A DNA stretch of 64,000 nt, taken from the NCBI GenBank assembly GCA_039026375.1, contig JBCCML010000005.1, positions 66,906 through 130,905 on the forward strand, given 5' to 3'. This DNA comes from Pseudomonadota bacterium (GTDB lineage Bacteria; Pseudomonadota; Alphaproteobacteria; Rhodobacterales; Rhodobacteraceae). The notes below the pieces were generated by a model. The model had not been told where the DNA came from. It did no database searches and worked only from the letters and a program-made list of their open reading frames with translations. Positions 11,298-20,714 of the stretch are shown here, in pieces (position 1 is the first letter of the stretch; each line of letters begins with the position of its first letter). The translations under genes were made by a program, and so were the position numbers.

Positions 11298-11813
11298 ATG
11301 GAAAGAGCAGATACACCGACCCAAATCCCAGCAGGCGCTGACCAGTGGCTAAGTGAAGAACAGCTGCGACAGGGCATTGAGTTGATTTTCTTTGCCTATC
11401 GAGACTTCACGTCCGATCCGGATATGATCCTTGCGCAACGCGGCCTAGGTCGGGCGCATCATCGTGCAATCCATTTTATTAAACGCCGTCCGGGCATCAC
11501 GATCGCAGGGTTGTTGAACATCCTCCAGGTGACCAAGCAATCCCTGAATCGCGTGTTGCGTCAGTTGATCGACGAAGGGCTGGTGATATCGTCTGTCGGT
11601 GAGCAGGATCGAAGGGAGCGCAATCTGCATCTTTCGGCCGAGGGCAAGCAGCTCGAGCGGGCGTTATCTTCGCCCCAGCGGGAACGCTTCAAGCGGTCCT
11701 ATGAATCGGCTGGACCAGAGGCCGTTGCAGGTTTCCGTAAAGTGCTAGCCGAGCTGTTGAACGATGCGGAACGTGAAGACGTTTTAAGTCTCGTAGAAAC
11801 GGGTGCTCCATGA
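11298..11813 (+). CDS. petP: MarR family transcriptional regulator (PetP-like)
   Basis: LRQGIELIFFAYRDFT, GRAHHRAIHF, LQVTKQSLNRVLRQL, DRRERNLHL; stop/start overlap with downstream response regulator. Confidence 0.85.
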   Translation: MERADTPTQIPAGADQWLSEEQLRQGIELIFFAYRDFTSDPDMILAQRGLGRAHHRAIHFIKRRPGITIAGLLNILQVTKQSLNRVLRQLIDEGLVISSVGEQDRRERNLHLSAEGKQLERALSSPQRERFKRSYESAGPEAVAGFRKVLAELLNDAEREDVLSLVETGAP

Positions 11814-12517
11814 CGGTCGGCATGGACGTCGCGCATATTCTTGTGGTGGATGACGACCAGCGCATTCGAGACCTGCTGAAGCGTTTCTTGGCGCGCAACG
11901 GTTACTTGGTCTCTGTCGCACGGGACGCGGCCCACGCAACCCGGCTTTTGGAGAGCTTGGCGTTCGACCTTTTGGTGGTGGACGTCATGATGCCTGGCGA
12001 AGACGGGTTTTCGTTCACCCGCCGTGTCCGGTCCGACGTGGAGGTTCCAATTCTTTTGCTGACAGCACGTGGCGAGACTGGCGATCGGATCGAGGGTCTA
12101 GAAGCTGGAGCGGATGATTATCTGCCGAAGCCCTTTGAGCCACGCGAGCTTCTGCTCCGCGTTGCCGCCATTCTGCGTCGTGCAGTGCCCGTGGCGCCCG
12201 AACCGCCCCAGCCGAAAGCCCTGGCCTTAGGCGAAACCGTTTATGATATTCTGCGGGGTGAACTGAGCCGTGGTGAGGAAGCCGTAAGGCTGACTTCGAC
12301 GGAGCAAGCTCTGATGCGGGTCTTTTCCCGTCAGCCGAACGAGCCTGTCAGCAGAACACGGTTAGCAGAAGAGTTGGGCGGCGCGAGCGGCGAGGTGCAG
12401 GAACGCGCAGTAGATGTACAGATCACCAGGCTTCGGCGCAAAATCGAGCGTGATCCAAAGAATCCTCGATACCTGCAGACTGTGCGTGGTTCAGGATACA
12501 TGCTGACGCCTGACTAA
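11810..12517 (+). CDS. petR: OmpR-family response regulator (PetR-like)
   Basis: HILVVDDD, DVMMPGEDG, GADDYLPKPF, ERAVDVQITRLRRKIE, YLQTVRGSGY. Confidence 0.85.
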   Translation: MTVGMDVAHILVVDDDQRIRDLLKRFLARNGYLVSVARDAAHATRLLESLAFDLLVVDVMMPGEDGFSFTRRVRSDVEVPILLLTARGETGDRIEGLEAGADDYLPKPFEPRELLLRVAAILRRAVPVAPEPPQPKALALGETVYDILRGELSRGEEAVRLTSTEQALMRVFSRQPNEPVSRTRLAEELGGASGEVQERAVDVQITRLRRKIERDPKNPRYLQTVRGSGYMLTPD

Positions 12518-13455
12518 GCAGCGGATGCTGCCGGGCGCATCAGCTCGACTGTGCCCGTTTGGCTGAGCCTTATCATGTCTTGCTCGTAGCGTGCGTCTAA
12601 CATTGCTTTTTCCCTTGCTGACCAAGGCTGAAACGGCGCAAGTCCCTTCTGGCGACCATTGATGCGAAAAACCTGCCTTATGCGCGCCAACGAGGGCGCA
12701 CCTTCGTCACGCGCAAGTTGGTGAAGCCGCTGAATCGCGCGATCTGTGGGGCCTTGCATCGGCTTTTCTTTAACCGACGCAAGACGCTTGGCGGTTTTCA
12801 ACCCGACCATTGTGCCGACGATGTCCTGCTCGAGCCCTGGAAAGTCCTCGTGCTTCCAAACAATCAGTCGGGCGTTCGGTGGGCAAGACCGCTGGATGTC
12901 TCCGATCAAGTCTGGCCATCCACGATCGAGGGATGTCAGTCTTTGTCTCAACTCCTGATCGAAAGGCACAAACCCGCTCGTTCGGAGGGCTTGGGCATAA
13001 GCAGTGGGAAGGAAGCTGGCGTACCCCCTGACCCCCAACATGACGGTAAGCCTAGAATCTGGGAGACTGCTTAATACCCTTTCCAAACGGTCACCGGCTC
13101 GCTCGTAACACCAATTTCCCATCAAGATGCCGTTCAAATGACCGATGAGATTTTCTTCGGAGACTATCAGTCGACGCAAGCCCGACTGCTGTGCCTTGGC
13201 GACAAGCCGCAAGATCGTGTCGGCATAGCCAATCCGGCGCGGGCGCCGTAATGACCGCCATAGACCTGTTTGGGCGGTAGCGCCGGACCTCACGTCGCTC
13301 GGACCGATCAATCCGATTTCGGCCCCTAGAAGCCGATCACGATTGGTCTCCAGAAGGCGCTGAATGTAAGTGGACGCTGTTTTATGGGCGCCAAGATGTA
13401 AAACAATTTCCAAATTGTGCCCCGTCACAATCCGATTTAAGTCAGGCTTACTCAC
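12514..13455 (-). CDS. Hypothetical protein, sulfotransferase-like P-loop fold
   Basis: IVLHLGAHKTASTYIQ, LIVSEENLIG, W..LIGDI...LIVWKHED; start uncertain (GTG 13455; ORF open to 13557). Confidence 0.6.
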   Translation of the reverse strand: MSKPDLNRIVTGHNLEIVLHLGAHKTASTYIQRLLETNRDRLLGAEIGLIGPSDVRSGATAQTGLWRSLRRPRRIGYADTILRLVAKAQQSGLRRLIVSEENLIGHLNGILMGNWCYERAGDRLERVLSSLPDSRLTVMLGVRGYASFLPTAYAQALRTSGFVPFDQELRQRLTSLDRGWPDLIGDIQRSCPPNARLIVWKHEDFPGLEQDIVGTMVGLKTAKRLASVKEKPMQGPTDRAIQRLHQLARDEGAPSLARIRQVFRINGRQKGLAPFQPWSAREKAMLDARYEQDMIRLSQTGTVELMRPAASAA

Positions 13456-13536
13456 AAACCCTTGATGCGCGCCTAACTTGAAGCGTGGGACTCTGTTTGC
13501 TTTCCCTTGGATCAAATTAACGGCTACGGTCTCAGG

Positions 13537-14469
13537 ATGCTCAAGGTCTTCAGTCATCCATCATCTCATGAACATGTCACGCCTCAGGGTCACCCTGAGC
13601 GCGTCGCACGAATAGAAATAGTAGATCAGGTGCTTGAAGATGCTGCGTTTGCATCGCTTGGCAGGGAACTGGCGCCCGAAGCGACCAACCAGCAGTTGGT
13701 AAGGGCACACACCGAGCGATATGTCGACCAGATTACAGCGATGTCGCCGGAAAACGGTTGGGTCAGCCTGGACCCAGACACACATATGTCGCCCGGCAGT
13801 CTTGCCGCTGCGAAGTGCGCGGCTGGCGCCAATGTCGCTGCAGTTGACGCGGTGATGGGCGGTGCTGCACGCGCCGCTTTTTGCGCTGTGCGCCCCTGCG
13901 GTCATCATGCCGAACGTGAACGCGCCATGGGCTTTTGTCTATTTTCAAACGTTGCGGTTGGCGCGCTTCATGCCCTGGACGACCTTGGTGCGGCGCGCGT
14001 CGCAATCGTGGATTTCGACGTGCACCACGGCAACGGTACGCAAGATATCTTCTGGAACGATTCCCGCGTTTTGTTCGCTTCAAGTCATCAGATGCCATTG
14101 TTTCCTGGGACCGGTGCCGCCGGTGAGCGCGGTGAGCACGACCAGATCGTCAACACCCCTCTACGACCGATGACGGCGACTGGCGAAATGCGTGCGGCGT
14201 TTGCAAATCAAATCTTACCGGCTGTTAAGGCGCATCGGCCTGACCTGATCATGATCTCTGCCGGCTTTGACGCGCACCAAAATGATCCGTTAGCCAATCT
14301 TCTTTGGACCGCTGACGACTTTCGCTGGGCGACCGAGCGATTGACAGACGCAGCCGCCGAATTGTGCGAGGGTAGGCTGGTCTCGACCCTTGAAGGCGGC
14401 TACGATCTAGACGGCTTGGCTGAGAGCTTGACGGCACACTTGGAAGTGTTGGCGTCACACGCTGCATAA
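13537..14469 (+). CDS. Histone deacetylase family / acetoin utilisation deacetylase
   Basis: GHPERVAR, RPCGHHAE, GFCLFSNVA, DFDVHHGNGT, SAGFDAH..DPL, LEGGY. Confidence 0.95.
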   Translation: MLKVFSHPSSHEHVTPQGHPERVARIEIVDQVLEDAAFASLGRELAPEATNQQLVRAHTERYVDQITAMSPENGWVSLDPDTHMSPGSLAAAKCAAGANVAAVDAVMGGAARAAFCAVRPCGHHAERERAMGFCLFSNVAVGALHALDDLGAARVAIVDFDVHHGNGTQDIFWNDSRVLFASSHQMPLFPGTGAAGERGEHDQIVNTPLRPMTATGEMRAAFANQILPAVKAHRPDLIMISAGFDAHQNDPLANLLWTADDFRWATERLTDAAAELCEGRLVSTLEGGYDLDGLAESLTAHLEVLASHAA

Positions 14470-14479
14470 GGAAAGACGA

Positions 14480-14710
14480 ATGAGCGACGCAAAGATCGCC
14501 GACATGAGCTTTGAAGAAGCGCTGGGAGCTTTGGAAGACGTCGTCAAGCAATTGGAGGACGGCAAGGTTCCGCTTGAACAATCCATCGACTTGTATGAAC
14601 GGGGCGAAGCACTGCGAAAGCACTGTGAGGACCGCCTGAAATTCGCGGAGCTCAGAGTCGAGAAGATTGTCGGTGCCGATGGCAAAACTGAGCCGTTCGA
14701 GACGACTTGA
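14480..14710 (+). CDS. xseB: Exodeoxyribonuclease VII small subunit
   Basis: MSFEEALGALEDVVKQLEDGKVPLEQSIDLYERG. Confidence 0.96.
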   Translation: MSDAKIADMSFEEALGALEDVVKQLEDGKVPLEQSIDLYERGEALRKHCEDRLKFAELRVEKIVGADGKTEPFETT

Positions 14711-14713
14711 GCC

Positions 14714-15610
14714 ATGGACTTCACGACGCATCTCGGCGCCACTGCGGCCGAGCTCGAGACCACACTGGAAGCCCTTATTCGCCAACCGGCAGCAGCCACA
14801 ATGGGAGAGCCGCGTCTTTGGGACGCCATGCGTTATGCAACTCTTGGCGGTGGCAAACGCCTTCGCGGGTTCTTGGCGGCTGAGGGGGCAACGATAATGG
14901 GTGTAAGCCGACAGGCTGGGTTGCGGGCTGGCGCTGCGGCGGAATGCCTACATGCATATTCGTTGGTCCATGACGATCTCCCAGCGATGGACGACGATGA
15001 CTTGCGCCGCGGCAAACCGACGACGCACAAAGCGTTCGACGAAGCGATAGCGATCCTGGCTGGCGATGCTTTGCAGACACTTGCGTTCGAGATTTGCGCT
15101 GACCCAGCAACGCATTCCAGCGGAAGCGTTCGGGCAAATCTGTGTCACGCACTGGCCGTTGCTGCGGGCGGGCCAGGAATGGTCGGCGGTCAGATGATCG
15201 ACATTGCTGCAGAAACGGCGGATCAGGCGCTTACCATTGAACAGATTACGCGCCTTCAAGCGATGAAAACAGGCGCTTTAATCAAGTTCGCTGCCGAAGC
15301 TGGTGCGATCCTGGCCGATGATAAGGCAGCGCAGGACGCGCTGGGGACTTACGCCACTCATTTGGGCCTTGCTTTTCAAATTCGCGACGACTTGCTGGAT
15401 GTTGAAGGAGATGAGGCGTCTGCAGGTAAGCGGTTGCAGAAAGACGCGAACGCTGGAAAAGCGACATTCGTATCGTTGTTGGGCGTATCGGGCGCGAGAA
15501 AAGCAGCAAGCGAGGAGGTCGACGCAGCCATCGCCGCAATTCGTGATTTCGGATCGCAGGGCAAATGGTTGCAAGAAGCGGCTGAGTTTGCGATTCATCG
15601 AAAAAACTGA
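14714..15610 (+). CDS. ispA: Farnesyl/geranyl diphosphate synthase
   Basis: GGKRLRG, HAYSLVHDDLPAMDDDDLRRGKPT, FQIRDDLLD, GKATF. Confidence 0.96.
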   Translation: MDFTTHLGATAAELETTLEALIRQPAAATMGEPRLWDAMRYATLGGGKRLRGFLAAEGATIMGVSRQAGLRAGAAAECLHAYSLVHDDLPAMDDDDLRRGKPTTHKAFDEAIAILAGDALQTLAFEICADPATHSSGSVRANLCHALAVAAGGPGMVGGQMIDIAAETADQALTIEQITRLQAMKTGALIKFAAEAGAILADDKAAQDALGTYATHLGLAFQIRDDLLDVEGDEASAGKRLQKDANAGKATFVSLLGVSGARKAASEEVDAAIAAIRDFGSQGKWLQEAAEFAIHRKN

Positions 15611-15623
15611 CAGAGTGTAAAGC

Positions 15624-17561
15624 GTGACTGACAGCGCAAAGATAGAGCTATCTACACCGACATTGGACCGGGTGCATCACCCCTCCGACCTGCATAATAT
15701 GTCCGTTAGCGAGTTGAAAGCGGTCGCCGAAGAGCTTCGGCGCGAGACCATCTCGGCAGTGTCGGTGACCGGCGGACACTTGGGCGCAGGTCTCGGCGTC
15801 GTGGAGTTGACCGTCGCGATCCATGCCGTGTTCAACACGCCCCATGACAAACTGATCTGGGACGTGAGCCATCAATGCTATCCGCATAAGATCCTCACAG
15901 GCCGTCGCGATCGAATTCGAACACTTCGCATGGGAGGAGGCCTGTCTGGCTTCACGAAGCGAACAGAGTCGGAGTACGATCCTTTTGGCGCCGCCCATTC
16001 CTCGACATCGATTTCCGCCGGGCTGGGTTTCGCAGTTGCTCGGGATTTGGGTGCAGACACTGGCGACGCGATTGCGGTGATTGGCGATGGCGCCATGACT
16101 GCCGGTCTCGCCTACGAGGCGATGAACAATGCAGGGTGGCTCAAGAACCGACTGATCGTGATCCTGAATGATAACGAAATGTCGATTGCCCCGCCGGTGG
16201 GCGCGCTTTCCCAGTACTTGACGCGTCTGTACGCCCAAAGTCCGATGCAGGATCTGAAGAACTTGGCAAAGGGCTTTGCGGAAGCAGTTCCTGGCCCGCT
16301 AGGTGAGATGATGCGTGAAGGCGCGCATCGTGCGGAAACGATACTGAAGGGCGCGACGGTCGGCGGCACGATGTTCGAGGAGTTGGGCTTTGACTATATA
16401 GGGCCAATCGATGGGCACGATCTGGACCAACTGCTACCAATTCTGCGTGCGGTCAAATCGAAAGCAACTGGGCCAGTTTTGATCCATGCCTGCACCGTGA
16501 AAGGCAAGGGGTATGCGCCGGCTGAGGGTTCAGCCGACAAGGGCCACGCTACATCGAAGTTCGACGTGGTCACTGGAGAACAGAAGAAGGGCAAATCGAA
16601 CGCGCCCTCTTACACCAAGGTCTTCGCGCAGTCGTTGATCAAGGAAGCTGACAAGGACGAGAAGATCGTCGCTATCAACGCCGCGATGCCATCTGGCACT
16701 GGCCTTGATTTGTTTGAACAGGCCCATCCGAAACGGACTTTCGATGTTGGCTTGGCTGAGCAGCATGCTGTTTGCTTCTCTGCGGGTTTGGCGGCCGCGG
16801 GCATGAAACCGTTCTGCGCGATTTACTCCACCTTCCTCCAGCGTGGCTACGACCAGATTGTGCATGACGTCGCCATCCAGAAATTGCCGGTGCGCTTCGC
16901 CATCGACCGGGCCGGCTTGGTCGGCGCCGATGGTGCGACCCATGCTGGTTCATTCGATGTTGCCTACTTGGGCTGCTTGCCAGGCTTTGTCGTCATGGCA
17001 GCGGCAGACGAGGCTGAGTTAGTGAATATGATCCGCACCGCCGTCGAGATCGACGATAAACCATGTGCATTCCGCTATCCTCGCGGCGAAGGCGTGGGGG
17101 TAGAAATGCCTGAAGAGGGCGTTGCTCTGGAGATCGGCAAGGGCCGTGTTGTGAAGGAGGGTAACAAGGTTGCGCTCCTGTCGTTTGGGGCGCGACTGCA
17201 AGAGTGCGTTCGCGCTGCTGAGGATCTGGACGCGCGGGGTTTGTCGACCACCGTTGCTGATGCCCGTTTTGCCAAACCGCTTGATAGAGACCTTATCTTG
17301 AGGCTGGCGCGCGAGCATGAGTGCCTGATCACTATCGAAGAGGGGTCCGTTGGTGGCTTCAGTTCCCATGTGCTACATCTCCTAGCGACCGAGGGCGCTT
17401 TGGATCATGGTCTAAAGTTCCGCCCAATGGTTCTACCAGACGTGTTCATCGATCAGGACAGTCCAGCGAAGATGTACGAGGCCGCCGGCCTCACAGCCAA
17501 TGACATCGTCACAACCGCTCTATCAGCGTTTGGAGCGGTCAAGGCGGCACAGCTGGCTTAA
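15624..17561 (+). CDS. dxs: 1-deoxy-D-xylulose-5-phosphate synthase
   Basis: [28 protein letters not shown]...[22 protein letters not shown]. Confidence 0.99.
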   Translation: MTDSAKIELSTPTLDRVHHPSDLHNMSVSELKAVAEELRRETISAVSVTGGHLGAGLGVVELTVAIHAVFNTPHDKLIWDVSHQCYPHKILTGRRDRIRTLRMGGGLSGFTKRTESEYDPFGAAHSSTSISAGLGFAVARDLGADTGDAIAVIGDGAMTAGLAYEAMNNAGWLKNRLIVILNDNEMSIAPPVGALSQYLTRLYAQSPMQDLKNLAKGFAEAVPGPLGEMMREGAHRAETILKGATVGGTMFEELGFDYIGPIDGHDLDQLLPILRAVKSKATGPVLIHACTVKGKGYAPAEGSADKGHATSKFDVVTGEQKKGKSNAPSYTKVFAQSLIKEADKDEKIVAINAAMPSGTGLDLFEQAHPKRTFDVGLAEQHAVCFSAGLAAAGMKPFCAIYSTFLQRGYDQIVHDVAIQKLPVRFAIDRAGLVGADGATHAGSFDVAYLGCLPGFVVMAAADEAELVNMIRTAVEIDDKPCAFRYPRGEGVGVEMPEEGVALEIGKGRVVKEGNKVALLSFGARLQECVRAAEDLDARGLSTTVADARFAKPLDRDLILRLAREHECLITIEEGSVGGFSSHVLHLLATEGALDHGLKFRPMVLPDVFIDQDSPAKMYEAAGLTANDIVTTALSAFGAVKAAQLA

Positions 17562-17659
17562 GGACCGAACCGAACGCCCATTTTATCAGTTTGCCGATTT
17601 ACTCTGCTTTGATCGCACGCGATACTGTGCCTGGGTCAGAGGTCAGGGGTCCATTGCTC

Positions 17660-18109
17660 ATGCGTGTGCGTGCTGTAAGCGCTCTGTCTCTTCCAATGCT
17701 CTTTCTTGCGTTTGTCGTTTCCGGCTGCACGTCGAGTGAAAAGCCCAAACCTGCGGCAACGCCCCGGTCTGTCATTGCCGATGCCGAATACCAAACGCAG
17801 TCCAGTCACTTCCGGGCACTTCAACGCGCCGGTCTCTCGGGTGATTTTAAAGGTTTTGCGAAACACCTGGGTTCGGCTGATCAATCGAAGATTACAGCGA
17901 TGTTGGGCCGCGCCTTCGGCAATCAGCCGTTTGATGTTTACACATGGAAGACCGCGGCGACATCAGATGCGCATAGCCGACTGATCGAACTGCGCAATCG
18001 GAACGGTCGATTGTATCTGTTTGTGCGCCTGGATCGTGTCCCTGGGGGCTGGTACGTCGCTAACTCGGTCATCAACCGCGACCGCCGCGTGATCGCGGCA
18101 AAGCTCTGA
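17660..18109 (+). CDS. Hypothetical lipoprotein
   Basis: Hydrophobic N-terminus with lipobox-like VSGC; fills the gap between dxs and the next gene on the same strand. Confidence 0.6.
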   Translation: MRVRAVSALSLPMLFLAFVVSGCTSSEKPKPAATPRSVIADAEYQTQSSHFRALQRAGLSGDFKGFAKHLGSADQSKITAMLGRAFGNQPFDVYTWKTAATSDAHSRLIELRNRNGRLYLFVRLDRVPGGWYVANSVINRDRRVIAAKL

Positions 18110-18119
18110 GGGTCTTGGC

Positions 18120-18650
18120 ATGCACTTACTAGGCGGTTTGCTGGTGTTAATCGGTGCTGTCGCGGTCTGGTACTGGCGCGTGCGCATGGCGCGCGACGCA
18201 GCAGGCGAAGCGATTGAGGCGGGCAATGACATTCGCCTGTCCGCGCGGCGACTGATGTATAAACGCAAGCACGATGTGCATCCGGCGGATTGCGTTGACG
18301 ATCCGCGTCTGGCTGCTGCTGGCATTGCGGTCGCGGTGGCGACCATGGACCATCCGATCAGCCAAGCGGAGATTGCAGCACTTACCGATAGTGCCCGCCA
18401 GACATTCGATGTCACAGAGCGCGAGGCGCTTGATATCGTGTCGTTCGGCCGTTGGGTAGCGGACCAGTGCAATACCCAAGAAGAAGCTGTGCGCCGCCTG
18501 TCAAAAGTTGTTGCGTCCCTCGCAGGGCCAAATGCGGCAGATGACTTGGTTGCGATGATCGAAGCGGTTTCCACAGCAGGTGGAACCGAACTGGGTGAGG
18601 ACGAACTCGCCGCGATCGAAACAGTCCGGCGCGTCCTGGCCAGTGCGTAA
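18120..18650 (+). CDS. Membrane-anchored TerB/DjlA-N-like helical protein
   Basis: N-terminal TM helix, DDPRLAAAGIAVAVA..D.PISQAE, DLVAMIEAV, ELAAIETVRR; family call is recognition only. Confidence 0.6.
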   Translation: MHLLGGLLVLIGAVAVWYWRVRMARDAAGEAIEAGNDIRLSARRLMYKRKHDVHPADCVDDPRLAAAGIAVAVATMDHPISQAEIAALTDSARQTFDVTEREALDIVSFGRWVADQCNTQEEAVRRLSKVVASLAGPNAADDLVAMIEAVSTAGGTELGEDELAAIETVRRVLASA

Positions 18651-18704
18651 CGGGCAAAGGCGCCGCATGTTCGGTAGGTCTGCTCTACTCACGGCACTGA
18701 CCCG

Positions 18705-19430
18705 GTGACAAGGTTGGACCGGCGCATGGTTGACGAGGGATTGGTGCCCAGCCGAGCGAAAGCGCGGGCGTTGATAGAAGCTGGCGCGGTTACGGTAGAT
18801 GGCTCTTCTGTATCTAAACCTTCTGTCGACCTCCAGGGTCGAATTGCAATCACAAAAGACCCCTGCCCATGGGTCAGCCGCGCGGGGCTAAAACTGGCTC
18901 ATGCAGTAGAGACTTTTGGCTTGAAACCCAATGGCGTGGCGGTGGATGTCGGTGCTTCGACAGGGGGTTTTACCGATGTCTTGCTCGCCTACGGTGCCGC
19001 GCACGTGCACGCCATCGATGTAGGCCATGATCAACTGCACCCAAAGCTGACCCAAGATAAGCGTGTCACCCTGCACCAGGGCATAAATGCCCGCCACCTA
19101 CCCGCTGGCTTGGTCCCGCCAGTGGACTGGATTGTGGCCGACCTGTCGTTCATTTCGCTGGAAAAAGTTCTGCCCTCGGTCCTACCGTTGGCAAAATCGG
19201 GCGCGTATCTGGTCCTTTTGATCAAACCCCAGTTCGAGGTGGGTCGCGGCCATGTGGGCAAGGGGGGCGTGGTCCGTGATCTAATGCAGCAACAGGCCGC
19301 CGCGGACCGCATCTCGGCGTTTGTCACACGTCATGGTTGGCGCGTTATGGGCGTCATCGATAGCCCGATCGCCGGTGGCGATGGCAATCGCGAGTATCTG
19401 CTGGCGGCAGTGAACGATGGCAGCAATTAG
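18705..19430 (+). CDS. tlyA: TlyA family rRNA methyltransferase (S4 plus FtsJ domains)
   Basis: RLDRRMV..GLVPSRAKA, WVSRAGLKL, DVGASTGGFT, DLSFISL, LIKPQFE, GGDGNREY. Confidence 0.96.
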   Translation: MTRLDRRMVDEGLVPSRAKARALIEAGAVTVDGSSVSKPSVDLQGRIAITKDPCPWVSRAGLKLAHAVETFGLKPNGVAVDVGASTGGFTDVLLAYGAAHVHAIDVGHDQLHPKLTQDKRVTLHQGINARHLPAGLVPPVDWIVADLSFISLEKVLPSVLPLAKSGAYLVLLIKPQFEVGRGHVGKGGVVRDLMQQQAAADRISAFVTRHGWRVMGVIDSPIAGGDGNREYLLAAVNDGSN

Positions 19431-19484
19431 AAATCGCTTTACTGTCCCGGTTTTGTCAGCCCGCGCTACACCTATCTCTTGTTG

Positions 19485-20708
19485 ATGAGCGAAGTGGTCA
19501 CGATTGATGTTTTGGGCGCACGCGGCGACGGCGTGACCGCCGATGGCCTGTTCGTACCCGGCGCCTTGCCGGGCGAGCAGGTGTCGGTGCATCGAACGGG
19601 CCACCGCGCCCAGATCGATGCGCTGCTGGAGCGGTCGATCCATCGCGTGTCGGCTCCGTGTAGGCACGCAGGCAGTTGCGGCGGCTGCGCGCTGCAGCAC
19701 GCTTCGGATGAGTTCATCGCCGAATGGAAGGCCGAACTTATAGCGCGCGCACTCGCGGCTCGGGGTCTGAATGGCATCACCATTCGCCCCACGACAACCT
19801 CACCGCCAGCCAGCCGACGCCGAGTTACGTTTTCAGGAAGGCGAACTAAGAAGTCTGTATTGATCGGCCTCCACGCCGATAGCTCGGATCAAATCGTGCC
19901 CATTCATGCCTGCGAGGTTGCTCGACCCGAGATTGTTGCAGGCATGCCAGTCGTCGAACGCATTATAGCAGTTGGCGCCAGTCGCAAGGGTGCACTGCGC
20001 CTGCTGGTGACGCTCAGTACTGCCGGCTTGGACGTAGCTGTCGCTGGCGGCAAACCATTGGAGGGCGGCCTCTATGGCGAATTGATCTCCGCCGCAGCTA
20101 CGGGAAACCTTGCCCGGCTTTCGTGGGATGGTGAGGTCGTTGTCACCCGGCGAGAGCCTGTGCAGCGCTTTGGTAGTGCCGTCGTGGTCCCGCCTCCCGG
20201 ATCATTCTTGCAAGCAACCGAGGAGGGGCAGGAAACACTTGTAGATGCGGTTCTCCAGGCAACAAATGGTGCCCGCCGCATCGCAGATCTTTTCGCGGGT
20301 GTTGGTACGTTCACGCTGCCGCTTGCCCAGACGGCCGAGGTTCACGCAGTCGAAGCCGATGGCGCGCCGCTTCGCGCACTGGACCGTGCGTGGCGTCATA
20401 CTGAAGGCATGAGGAAGGTGAGTGCGGAGACGCGCGATCTGTTTCGCCGCCCGTTACGCCCAGCTGATTTTGCGTCCTTCGACGCCGCCGTGTTCGATCC
20501 CCCACGCGCCGGTGCCAGAGCGCAGGCCGAACAACTTGCATCCAGCCCGCTTCCCCGGATTGCCGCTGTCAGTTGCAACCCGGCCACCTTTGCCCGGGAC
20601 GCCCGACTTTTGGTTGATGGCGGCTATCGACTGGACTGGGTCTTGCCCGTCGATCAGTTTCGCTGGACCCCACATGTCGAACTGGTCGCGGCGTTCAGCC
20701 GGCCTTGA
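19485..20708 (+). CDS. TrmA/RlmD family RNA (uracil-5)-methyltransferase
   Basis: TRAM-like start, CRHAGSCGGC Fe-S motif, FLQAT, DLFAGVGTF, DPPRAG, SCNPATFARD, DQFRWTPHVE. Confidence 0.92.
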   Translation: MSEVVTIDVLGARGDGVTADGLFVPGALPGEQVSVHRTGHRAQIDALLERSIHRVSAPCRHAGSCGGCALQHASDEFIAEWKAELIARALAARGLNGITIRPTTTSPPASRRRVTFSGRRTKKSVLIGLHADSSDQIVPIHACEVARPEIVAGMPVVERIIAVGASRKGALRLLVTLSTAGLDVAVAGGKPLEGGLYGELISAAATGNLARLSWDGEVVVTRREPVQRFGSAVVVPPPGSFLQATEEGQETLVDAVLQATNGARRIADLFAGVGTFTLPLAQTAEVHAVEADGAPLRALDRAWRHTEGMRKVSAETRDLFRRPLRPADFASFDAAVFDPPRAGARAQAEQLASSPLPRIAAVSCNPATFARDARLLVDGGYRLDWVLPVDQFRWTPHVELVAAFSRP

Positions 20709-20714
20709 GGCTTA

